Shown here: positions 1 to 10,810 of the stretch, piece by piece
Numbering within the stretch: the first letter of the stretch is position 1
How the letters are laid out: each line of letters begins with the position of its first letter
Assembly: GCF_006345805.1 (NCBI RefSeq)
Contig: NC_043002.1
Span: forward strand, 21,638,001 to 21,702,000
DNA: 64,000 nt
Origin: Octopus sinensis
Lineage: Eukaryota
Reading direction: 5' to 3'
The notes under the pieces: model-generated
The model's input: only the letters and a program-made list of their open reading frames with translations
Database searches by the model: none
What the model was told of the DNA's origin: nothing
Program-made: the position numbers and the translations under genes

Positions 1-506
1 GCACTTTAAATTGTTTATGTATGATGATGGCAGTGGTGATGGTAGAGGCATTTTTTAAGAAGGTGGTGGGGGTGAGGGGCGGGGCGGGTGGCAAGGGTAA
101 CAGTCGTTTGTTACATTCCATCTTCTTTATCAAAAGCAGATAAGTTCTTTAAGGTGTGGTGCTGTTTGGCACAGATTATATACATCACTTCTTCTTTGAC
201 TATTTCCTCCTTTTTTCCCTCTACTGCTGTTGCTACTACAACTATGGAGACAACAACAGCACCACCAACAACAACTACTACTATTTTTAAATTACCATTA
301 CCACTACCATGATTACAATGTCTAGTTTAGTGCTTGATATTTTCTTATTACATCATACACCTATACAACAGGTTTCATATGAACACACAGACACACACAC
401 ATACACACGTGAATATGTGTATGGTCTGTGGTTATGTGTGAGTAAAATGATGGTGTGCATAATTGTACGTGTGTGTGTGTGTGTGTACTCTTTACTCTCT
501 CTGTTA

Positions 507-863
507 CTCTTTTACTTGTTTCAGTCATTTGACTGCGGCCATGCTGGAACACTGCCTCTAGTCGAGCAAATCAACCCCAGGATTCATTCTTTGTAAGCCT
601 TGTACTTATTCTGTCAGTCTCTTTTGCCGAACCAGCATTCATTGTCAAGCAGTGTTGGGGGGGACAGACACACAAACATACACATATACATACATATATA
701 CGACGGGCTTCGTTCAGTTTCCGTCTACCAAATCCACTCACAAGGCTTTGGTCGGCCCAAGGCTATAGTAGAAGACACTTGCCCAAGGTGCCATGCAGTG
801 GGAACGAACCCGGAACCATGTGGCTGGTAAGCAAGCTACTTACCACACAGCCACTCCTGTGCC
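507..863 (-). mobile_element. tRNA-derived SINE, family C
   Basis: Reverse complement of the family C consensus. Confidence 0.85.
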
Positions 864-1097
864 TATATATATATATATATAATGTGTGTGTATATCTCTA
901 ATGAAATTTGATTGATAGTATTAACCATTCCACCTTCCCTTTAGCATTTAAACTGGCCATATCCAGCCTAGATATTCCACCTGTTTTATGTTCTAACCAC
1001 GCAGGTCCAGCTTATCACACATACCCTTCAATGCCATTATATTCGAAGTTCAATTCCAAGCAGTGACCTGAACAATAATAATAATAATAATAATAAT

Positions 1098-1250
1098 ATC
1101 GAAAAAATCCTTAGGAATGAGAACCCAGGTTCGAAATTTTCCTAAGACACCTGAAGAAGGCTGGAGGGTATATCCACCAAAACATTGTGTTAACAACAAA
1201 CAAGATGAGGACAAATACCTGCCAAATGTAAATAATGTACATAATTCGTC
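1098..1250 (+). mobile_element. Short Penelope-like terminal repeat with a decayed minimal hammerhead (1146-1191)
   Basis: GACAC-CTGAAGA-A-GGCTG-(10 nt)-CCACC-AAAAC-ATT-GTGTT; preceded by (AAT)n. Confidence 0.5.
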
Positions 1251-2095
1251 TTCTCTTAAATATAGAACTGAATTAAAAATTACTTTTCACTACGCATTCA
1301 CCCACACCACTCCATCACCACTTCCACCATCACCACTTCCATCATCACCACCACCACCATCACCATCATCTCTCTCCTCTCTCTCTCTCTCTCTCTGCCT
1401 TTCCACCATCAGAACACCCCTCTGCTAAAGTTATATTCCTAACTCACCTCTATCTCATTACCTGCAACTAACTTTTTTAACCATGTGATAAACATTATAT
1501 CTCCCCTACCACATGTCATGGATGTTTCTCTCTCTTTCTTTTCTTTCTCCCGCATTTTCTTTCTCTCTCTTTCTGTCTCTATCTTCACCTTATCCTCTCT
1601 TTCTCTCTCCCTGCTTCTTTTTCCCTCTTTTTCTCTAATTTGAATGAAAAAATATTAAAAGAATTAACAAGCCTTTCAATCAGCTCCATCTTATTATTCT
1701 TAAAATGTTTAAGGTTCACAATATCAGAAAATGTATTAAATTTAGGATTTTCAAATATTTCTCCTGTTAAGTTTTATCACTAACACCACCACCACCACCA
1801 CCACCACTGCCGCTGCCACCATGATCATGACTCTGATCATTGTTGTTGCTTATCCATTTACGTAAGCGCCTCACCTTTTTCTGTTTTGTATTTCCTCTTT
1901 TCATGTAGTCCTTGGGTGTCTTGGGCCTTTGTGCCTAATAAAAGAAATCAGAACTGTTAGCATGCTGGAGAGAGTGCTTAGTGGCGTTTCTTGTGTCTTT
2001 ACATTCTGAGTTCAAATTTTGTTGAGTTTGACTTTGCCTCTCATCTAATTACTGTTCCGCTTTTCCCAAATTTGTGTCCATGTGATGGAGTCAGA

Positions 2096-2142
<47 letters not shown>

Positions 2143-3574
2143 TTTATTCAAACACTCCCCTGGCACCTGTGCCGGTGGCACATAAAAAGCACCATCCGAA
2201 TGTGACTGACGCTGCCTTGACTGGCTTCCGTGCCAGTGGCACGTAAAAAGCACCAGCCGTTCGTGGCTGTTGCCAGCCTACCCTGGCACCTGTGCTGGTG
2301 GCACCTAAAAAGCACCATCTGTACGTGGCCGATGCCAGCGTCACCTTGACTGGCTTCCGTGTTGGTGGCATGTAAAAAGCACCAACTGATTGTGGCTGTT
2401 GCCAGTCTCTCCTGGCACGTAAAAAGCACCCACTACACTCATGGAGTGGTTGGCATTAGGAAGGGCATCCAGTTGTAGAAACACTGCCAGATCAGACTGG
2501 AGTCTGGTGCAGCCTCCTGGCTTCCCAGACCCCGGTCGAACCGTCCAACCCGTGCTAGCATGGAAAATGGACGTCAAACGATGATGATGATGATGATGTA
2601 GTCCCCTAGCAGACAGTACAAGGCTGATAGTTATTTCTTCATAATATTTGGTGGGATTAGCAGTTTGGATTTGAAATTTAGAAATGGACAGTCCACTGAT
2701 ATAAAATACAAATCATCATCAACCTACAACCACAATTGGTTTTGACTGACTAGTTGTAAGTCAGCCTATAGGCCTACATAGCTTTGTTTTATATTGTTTC
2801 ATTCTTAAGGTGCATTCTCAAGTAAAAGTCACACGCAGAATTCTGTATTATACTATTATACTAGTGTTAATCAAAAACAAATACAAAGTTGCCTCGATGG
2901 CTCTGCAACACAGTGGCGATCGATAACCAAACCTAGAGGAAGTATTTGTTAGCTGACATCATCCATAAACAGGTTAATTTCTAAGAAATTGAACCCATTA
3001 GATTTCAAATGGACTATCTATTATTGCTGCCTTGAATTGCTGGGCGATACGCTGTGCTTCAGAAAACCTGATGAGTCAAGTGAAATCATAGTATTGGCCG
3101 ATGCCAGTACCGCCTGACTGGCACCCATGCCGGTGGCACATAATAAGCACCATTTTAGTGTGGGTTGATGCCAGTGCCCCCTGACTGGCTCCTATGCTGG
3201 TAACACATAAAATCACCATCATGGAATGGTTGGCATTTGGAAGGGCATCCAGCTGTAGAAACTATGCCAAATCAGATTGGAGCCTGGTGCAGCCTACTGG
3301 CTTGCCAGTCCTCAGTCAAACCATCCAACTCATGCCAGCATGGAAAACAGACATTAAAATGATGATGATGGTGATAATGGAATCCCCTAGCAGACGATTA
3401 GTACAAGGCTGATAATTATTTCTTCATAATATTTGGTGGGATTAGCAGTTTAGATTTGAAATTTAGGAATGGAAGTCCACTGATATTAAATGAAGTGTCA
3501 AACATTTATGGTATGCAAGTTAATTAGTTCAGTTCTCTGAAGCTACTGAATTTGTTTCGTGAGCACCGCCAGCA

Positions 3575-3772
3575 ATTTTTTTTCCTCTGTCTTCCCTTCT
3601 CGGGATCTTTCCTTCTCGGGATCTTTCCTTCTCCTTTGTTTCCGACAAAGAGCTCCGCTCGAAACGTTAAAACCTCCTTCTTCCCTTCTTTCCTGAGCGT
3701 CCAATAATACTTTATTTGTTCCACGTCCTTGCGTTGCTGTGTTTTTTTTTGTGTTTTCTTGTTTGGATTAAC
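3575..3772 (+). mobile_element. Penelope-like terminal repeat, family 2, copy 1
   Basis: ccgacaaagagctccgctcgaaacgttaa...tcctgagcgtccaataat..ccacgtccttgcgttg..ggattaac(ta)n; same repeat at 10615 (-) and 13510 (+). Confidence 0.6.
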
Positions 3773-4199
3773 TATATATATATATTTATATATATATAAA
3801 TAGATTGGCTACTTATTTGTCTGGAATTAGTCATGTGATGTAGACACCTGATGGGAACCCAATAAGGTTCAAAATTCAATTAAGGCTGCACATGATGTTT
3901 TACAATATTTGGAGAAATAATTAAATTTGCCATGTCTGTATTCTACTAAATTGGTTTGTATAAATATTTATTTTTTATTTTTTGCTTATTTATTATGGAG
4001 GTCTTAGAATCTCTAGTCATAGGTAAACATACACAGCACCATTTCATTCTTTTTACGAATCATTAGCATAATATAATCCAAGGTTATTCATCAAAGAGCA
4101 GGCAGTGTGTGGCTTGACAGTGTTACAGGGGACATTACCTGTTCAAGACAAGCAATACAGGCATGAAAGCACCAACAGTTAAACATGTTTGAGATGCAT

Positions 4200-4610
4200 A
4201 CAGGAGGAGAAAGCATCCTGCACATCATCTCTCAGTGTCTATGTGCCCATGCATTAGCACCTTATACACTTGTGTGTCAAATAATTGCTGTTATATGTAA
4301 GATGAATCCAGTAGTCTGTTAACTCTGTTGAGAAAATCAAAGTGCAACCTTCTTTTGGGTTCTTCTCTATCTGGTGGTTGTTGTAATTGACATGGTGTGA
4401 TGGACTTGTCTGAAAAGTTTGAAGACTGGTATTTTCCTGTCTGGTCAATCTCTCATTATCTTCTTCACATAGCGCTTGGTGAAGAAGGTGAGGATAAAGA
4501 GGAGGGTGCTGTCTTCTAGTGTGTTTATCAAAAAGGGCACAAGAGTGGCAAGACTGGTTATGATGAATAGGCCTTCTGTAAGTAAGAGGAACAAAACTGG
4601 GAGTGGGCAC
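4200..4610 (-). mobile_element. Possible decayed Penelope-like RT fragment
   Basis: Reverse complement contains RRPI...ALFDKH and a late MGT motif, reminiscent of PLE RT (RPII..FxDxHL..GxAMGT); heavily frameshifted. Confidence 0.3.
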
Positions 4611-5252
4611 TTTTCATAGGGTAGAGTAATCTGAACATTTGGGTGTGTGTGGGGCCTGCTATAGGGGAAATTTTCTTGGAATTTTGTTGAAATTGTTTTG
4701 CTATATCTTTATTTATCTAGTTTTTCTTTTGATAATTTAAAACCCTTCTTTGCTGTATTTCATTTCATGGCCAATGAAAGAAATTATTATTATTATTATC
4801 ATCATCATCTACTGCTACTACTACTACTACTACTACATCAGCGACGCAATCTTCAGTTACCACTTTGGTATATGCACAACTGATAACAGATGTCAGTTGT
4901 GCATATACCAAAGTGGTAACTGCTGTTAGATAGTCAGAACATCATCATCATCATCAAAGATTCATATCTCAATAATGGTTCAGGCAGATGCTGTGGTGAT
5001 GTCAGTTAAATCTAAGGAAACGAAGTGGCGTTATTAGTTTTTAATTCAACAGGAAAACTAATCAGTGACTTTTTCATCTTCTGCCAGAAATTAGATTAAG
5101 AGGGACAGTACCAGCTTAACCTTGTAAACTTTGAACAGATTCTTTCACCATGAAGCCAGTTACGCAACAGATTCACTCATGAAAAACAGCAGGCAGTTCT
5201 CCCCATATGGTCACTTGAGCTGCGAGAGATAACAGTCAGATCTTCAAATCAT

Positions 5253-5845
5253 CCATTCTTCTTCTTCACCTTCTTCTTCACCTTCTTCTTCTTCTTCTTC
5301 TTCTTCTTCTTCTTCTTCTTCTTCTTCTTCTTCTTCTTCACCTTCTTCTTCTTCTTCTTCACCTTCTTCTTCTTCTTCACCTTCTTCTTCTTCTTCTTCA
5401 CCTTCTTCTTCACCTTCTTCTTCTTCACCTTCTTCTTCACCTTCTTCTTCTTCTTCTTATTCACCTTCTTCTTCTTCTTCTTATTCACCTTCTTCTTCTT
5501 CTTCTTATTCACCTTCTTCTTCTTCTTCTTATTCACCTTCTTCTTCTTCTTCTATTCACCTTCTTCTTCTTCTTCTTCACCTTCTTCTTCTTCACCTTCT
5601 TCTTCTTCACCTTCTTCTTCTTCACCTTCTTCTTCTTCACCTTCTTCTTCACTTCTTCTTCTTCACCTTCTTCTTCTTCACCTTCTTCTTCACCTTCTTC
5701 TTCTTCTTCTTCTATTCACCTTCTTCTTCTTCTTATTCACCTTCTTCTTCTTCTTCTTATTCACCTTCTTCTTCTTCACCTTCTTCTTCTTCTTCTTCTT
5801 ATTCACCTTCTTCTTCTTCACCTTCTTCTTCTTCTTCTTCTTCTT
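5253..5845. repeat. ~590-bp (TTC)n tract punctuated by ACC/TATTCACC
   Basis: Direct reading; pyrimidine-rich plus strand (GAA on minus). Confidence 0.95.
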
Positions 5846-5959
5846 AAGGTTACTATATCTGGCTGGGTCCCAGAGGAGTTTTGCTTTCCCCTTTTCGTCC
5901 ATTACCTTTTCTGGTATAATTACTCTTCTTCTATTATTATTGTTGTTATTGTTATAATA

Positions 5960-6970
5960 AAGCCAGTGAAACGATATGCTGAGCTATATACCAGCTCTTG
6001 TAAGTTCTGAGATCAAATTCTGCCATGGTTGACTTTGCCTTTTATCTTTTCGAGGTTGATGAAATTTCAGGCCTTGTGCCTTATAGTAGAAAGGATTTTT
6101 ATTATTATTATTAAGGTTGTGAAAGGTGGCAAGTTGGCAGAATGGTTTTGAGTTCAAATTCCATTGAGGTCAACTTTTCCTTTCATACTTTTGGGGGTCA
6201 ATATAAGTACCTATTTCTTTATTACCCACAAGGGGCTAAACATAGAGGGGACAAACAAGGACAGACATAGGTATTAAGTCGATTACATCGACCCCAGTGT
6301 GTAACTGGTACTTAATTTATTGACCCCAAAAGGATGAAAGGCAAAGCCGACCTCGGAGGAATTTGAACTCAGAACGTAACGGCAGATGAAATACCGCTCA
6401 GCATTTCACCCGGCGTGCTAAATACCAGTTGCATACTAGTGGTCGATGTAACTGACTAGCCCCCTCCTCCAAAATTTCTGGCCTTGTGCCTATAAAAGAA
6501 AGGATTGTTGTTATTGTGGTGGGAAGCTGGTCGAATCAGTAGCATCGAGACAAAATGGTTAACAGCATTTTATCCATCTTGAAATTCTGTGTGCGACTTT
6601 ACCTTTCTTCCTTTTGGGATTGAGGAAATAAATACAATCAGGTGTTGGCATCAATGTTATTGACACCATCCCAAATTTCAGGCTTTGTGCCTGTAGTAAA
6701 AAGGTGAGCTGCCAGAACTGTTAGCATGCTGAGTAAAATGCTCAGTGGCATTTCCTCTGTCTTTACGTTCCGAGTTCAAATTCTGCCAAAGTCAACTTTA
6801 CCTTTTATCCTTTTGGATTTGGTAAAATAAGTACCAGTTACATACTGGGGTCGATGTCATTGACTTACCCGCTCCCTTGAAATTGCTAGCCATGTGCCAA
6901 AATTTGAAATCATCATCATTATTATTATTAATAAGGTGGTAAGCTGATAAAATCATTTGGAAGCTGGGCA
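5960..6970. mobile_element. Stack of about six decayed family B SINEs separated by (ATT)n
   Basis: Repeated ttctgagttcaaatt..gactttgccttt..cttttggggtc blocks; one inverted copy at 6227-6420. Confidence 0.7.
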
Positions 6971-7066
6971 AAATGCTTTGCGGCATTTTGTCTGGCTTTA
7001 TTATTATTATTATTATTATTAATATTTATTATTATTATTATTAATATTTATTATTATTATTACTAA

Positions 7067-7098
<32 letters not shown>

Positions 7099-7333
7099 GC
7101 CAGCTCTGTCTGGCACCTGTGCGGGTGGCACGTAAAAAGCACCCACTACACTCACGGAGTGGTTGGCGTTAGGAAGGGCATCCAGCCGTAGAAACACTGC
7201 CAGATTTGACTGGGCCTGATGAAGCCTTCTGGCTTCACAGACCCCAGTAGAACCGTCCAACCCATGCTATCATGGAAAACGGACGCTAAACGATGATGAT
7301 GATGATGATGATGATTACTAATATTTATTATTA

Positions 7334-7367
<34 letters not shown>

Positions 7368-7727
7368 TAATATTTATTATTATTATCTATTATTATTATT
7401 ATTAATATTTTTTTTTGTTTATATTTTAGGTAAGTACCAATATACTGAGACTGAATTTCAATCTTGTTTATGGTAAGATGCATATATTTATATCTTTCAA
7501 CATTGTGTTCATTTGACACAACAATCTGTAAAACACTCGTGCACACTCATGTGGTTTCATAATGAAGAAAGATGAAAGAATTAATGGTGGAGCTTACATG
7601 ACAAATATAAACCTCTTGTCTATTGAATACTTCCAAGCTTTAACTGAAGTGAAGTATAAAAGCTGAGAAGTGGATTTTAATATAGTGGCCCTCAGTTGTG
7701 CTACCACTTGATATAGGGCCACACTGC

Positions 7728-8129
7728 AAGGTGGCAAGCTGGCAGAAGCGTTAGCACTCCGGGTGAAATGCTTTGCAGTATTTCGTCTGCCGTTATGTTC
7801 TGAGTTTAAATTCTGCCAAGGTCGACTTTGCCCTTCATCCTTTTGGGGTCAATAGATTAAGTACCAGTTACGCACTGGGGTCAATATAATCGACTTAACC
7901 CGTTTGTCCTCTCTGTGTTTAGCCCCTTGTGAGTTGTAAAGAAATAGGTATTTCGTCTGCCATTACGTTCCGAGTTCAAATTCTGCCAAGGTCAACTTTG
8001 CCTTTCATCGTTTCAGGGTCAATAAATTAAGTACCAGTTACGCACTGGGGTTGATGTAATCAACTTAATCCCTTTGTCTATCCTTGTTTGTTCCCTGTAT
8101 GTTTAGCCCCTTGTGGGCTATAAAAATAG
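7728..8129 (+). mobile_element. Family B SINE dimer (head-body-tail-body-tail)
   Basis: A single 15-bp TSD ATAGGGCCACACTGC (7713-7727 and 8130-8144) encloses both bodies. Confidence 0.85.
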
Positions 8130-8399
8130 ATAGGGCCACACTGCTTGGTCCTACATGTAGGATTGTGCAATGAAGTCTTCAAACAGGTGGCATTGCTACC
8201 TAGGTGTCAGTCGAATGACATTTAGTGACATTTAGGTTGAAACACACATAATGCCCTCACATATATATGTATAGCTACACATGCACATATATACACATAT
8301 AGAAATTGAGGGATTGGAGCAGGTAAAATGCACACTATATATGTTTCTTATCTTACTGTACTGCTAGATGTAATTGTCATGCAATGAGTGTGTGCAAGT

Positions 8400-8640
8400 C
8401 ACCACTGTATCCTATCAGGTGTCTGTTCTAAGTTTATTTAGGAAGGCGTTTGAGGACTTAGAGAATTTCAGGTGGCGTATTATCTTCAACAGGTCGTTTT
8501 TGATGGCTTCCAGTTCCTTGATTGTAGGTGGAAACTTCTTGAATTTAAGCCCAAAATGTTCAGTGTTCAGCTTCCATTGGTGGTTTGGGCTGGTCAACGT
8601 AAAGAGCTTTCTGTCTCATCCCGCTGATTAATTTGATTAT
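8400..8640 (-). mobile_element. Penelope-like retroelement ORF fragment
   Basis: EHFGLKFKKFPPTIKELEAIKNDLLKIIRHLKFSKSSNAFLNKLRTD resembles the pre-RT region of invertebrate GIY-YIG Penelope-like elements (recalled, not searched). Confidence 0.5.
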
Positions 8641-9499
8641 TTTTCTCCAGCAGTTTTCCCTGACTTAGGGACTCTTAGATGACTCACAAATATATATATA
8701 TATCATCATCATCATCGTTTAACATCCGTTTTCCATGCTAGCATAGGTTAGACAGTTCGACCGGGGTCTGGGAAGCCAGGAGGCTGCACCAGACTCCAGT
8801 CTGATCTGGCAGTGTTTCTACAGCTCAATGAGTGTAGTGGGTGCTTTTTACATGCCAGAGAGAAAGAGGTGTGTGTTTGTCTTGTGTCTATATTTGTCCT
8901 CACCACCCTTTGACAACTGGTGTTGGTGTGTTTACATCCCCGTAACGAAGCATTTTGGCAAAAGAGAGTGATAGAATAAGTACCTGGCTTTAAAAAAAAA
9001 TGAAGTACTGCTGTCACTTCATTCAACTTAAAATTCTTCAAGGTGGTGCCCCAGCATGGCTGCAGTCAAAAGACTGAAACAAGCAAAAGATAAAAGCTAT
9101 ATTTTCCCTTCTAAGATTGCTAAATACTTGAGAAAATTAGCCTATTTCTATTCTTGAAGTTTATCTTTTTTGTTATAAGTACTAAGCATCTTTAAACGTT
9201 AATATGCATTTGCTAATTTTTTTGCATACTGCTTTTAATAGTAAATGCATTTCAGGTTTACATTTGCACTTTGTTTATTTTTTATCGTTATTTTCTTTTT
9301 CTTTTTTTTTTTTTACATTTAATAACCTATTTTTTTTTACATCTTATTTGCTTTCTTCGTAGCAAATATCATCAGGTTAATGATTATCTCTAAGCCTCAT
9401 TAGACTGAAATGTTACACAGCCGTCTCATCTTTAATTTATCCACATTTTTCTGTCCTCCACCTTATAAAGCACTTTCAGCTACATATATTTGTCTATAC

Positions 9500-9721
9500 A
9501 TATATTTGTCTATACATCTGTATGTATATGCATGCGTATGTATGTTTGTATGTATGTATGTATGAGTGTATGTATGTATGTATGTATGTGTGTGTGTGTG
9601 TATGAGTATGTATGTATGTGTGTATGTATGCATTCTAATATATGTGTGCATATGTATAAGGGTGAGTCAGAAAGTAATGCAATTTTTATTTGCATCACTT
9701 TTTGATTCACCCATCTATGTA

Positions 9722-9772
<51 letters not shown>

Positions 9773-9880
9773 ATGTGTGTATGTATGTATATTTGTGTAT
9801 GTATGTATGTATGTATGTATGTATGTATATGCATGTATGTATGTATAAATGTGTGTATATGCACATGGATATATAAATGT
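9500..9880. repeat. Compound (TATG)n/(TG)n microsatellite
   Basis: Direct reading. Confidence 0.9.
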
Positions 9881-10157
9881 AACTTTTCTTTGGATTTGTT
9901 ATTATTTATAGTTTTTTAATGTGAGGAAAATATCAATATATGACCTACATTACTATTACTTGTATAACACACACACACTTATAAATATATACATGCATAT
10001 ATGTATAATGTTTTTGTGTGTGAGTGTATATATGATTTTGTGTCTCTGTGTGTATGTTTTAGTGTGTGTGTGTGTTTTTGTGAGTGTGTAGGTTTTGTGT
10101 GTGTGTCTGAATATATATATATATAGAGAGATTAGATAAATAGATAAAGTATATATA

Positions 10158-10312
10158 TATGAGGTGATATCAAAAAGTTCCTGAAAAAGTTCCTGGACTT
10201 GTTATGTGTAATAAAAAAATAACTTATTTACCTAAGTTTTCATAACCTCTCCTTCTTAAAAGTCACCTTGCACAGCAATACCCCTGTCCCGGTGTTCCTG
10301 CCACTTTTGAAA
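10158..10312 (-). mobile_element. Right end of a mariner element
   Basis: TA plus TIR tgaggtgatatcaaaaagttcc; reverse complement reads WQEHRDRGIAVQGDF*EG, a mariner C-terminus (WxKRWxKCIxxxGDYFEG). Confidence 0.7.
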
Positions 10313-10586
10313 TCTAGTGCAAGCATGGCTGAGTGGTTAGGAAGCTTGGTTCCTAGTCATATGGTTTCAGTTCAGTCCCACTGTTTGGCATCTTGGGCAA
10401 GTCTCCCTTCTGCTATAGCCTTGGGCTGACCAAAACCTTGTTAATGAATTTGGTAGGCAGCAGTTCCTGTTGTGTGTGTACATGTGTGTATATAAGTTCT
10501 TGTGCCTCCTAGTAGAGAGGAGGGATATATATACGGTCCCACCCATGCCAGCATGAAAGGCAGACATGAAATGATGATATACATGC

Positions 10587-10614
<28 letters not shown>

Positions 10615-10617
<3 letters not shown>

Positions 10618-10810
10618 ATCCAAACAAGAAAGCACAAAAAAACACAACAACGCAAGGACGTGGAACAAATATAGTATTATTGGACGCTCAGGAAAGAAGG
10701 AAAGAAGGAGGGTTTAACGTTTCGAGCGAAGCTCTTTGTCGGAAATATAGGAGAAGGAAAGATCCAGAGAAGGGAAGACAGAGGAAAAAAAAAAAAATCG
10801 CCAACGGTAC
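10615..10810 (-). mobile_element. Penelope-like terminal repeat, family 2, copy 2
   Basis: Reverse complement of the 3575 repeat, ending in (TA)n. Confidence 0.6.

Noticed and set aside
3068-3085. CTGATGA..GAAA hammerhead-like core
   Set aside because: No stem II or stem I pairing; it is a variant of the family A sequence acctgttgagtcaagt.
5249-5902. Lys-rich histone-H1/protamine-like ORFs
   Set aside because: Translation of a (GAA)n tract; the starts are non-ATG codons inside the repeat.
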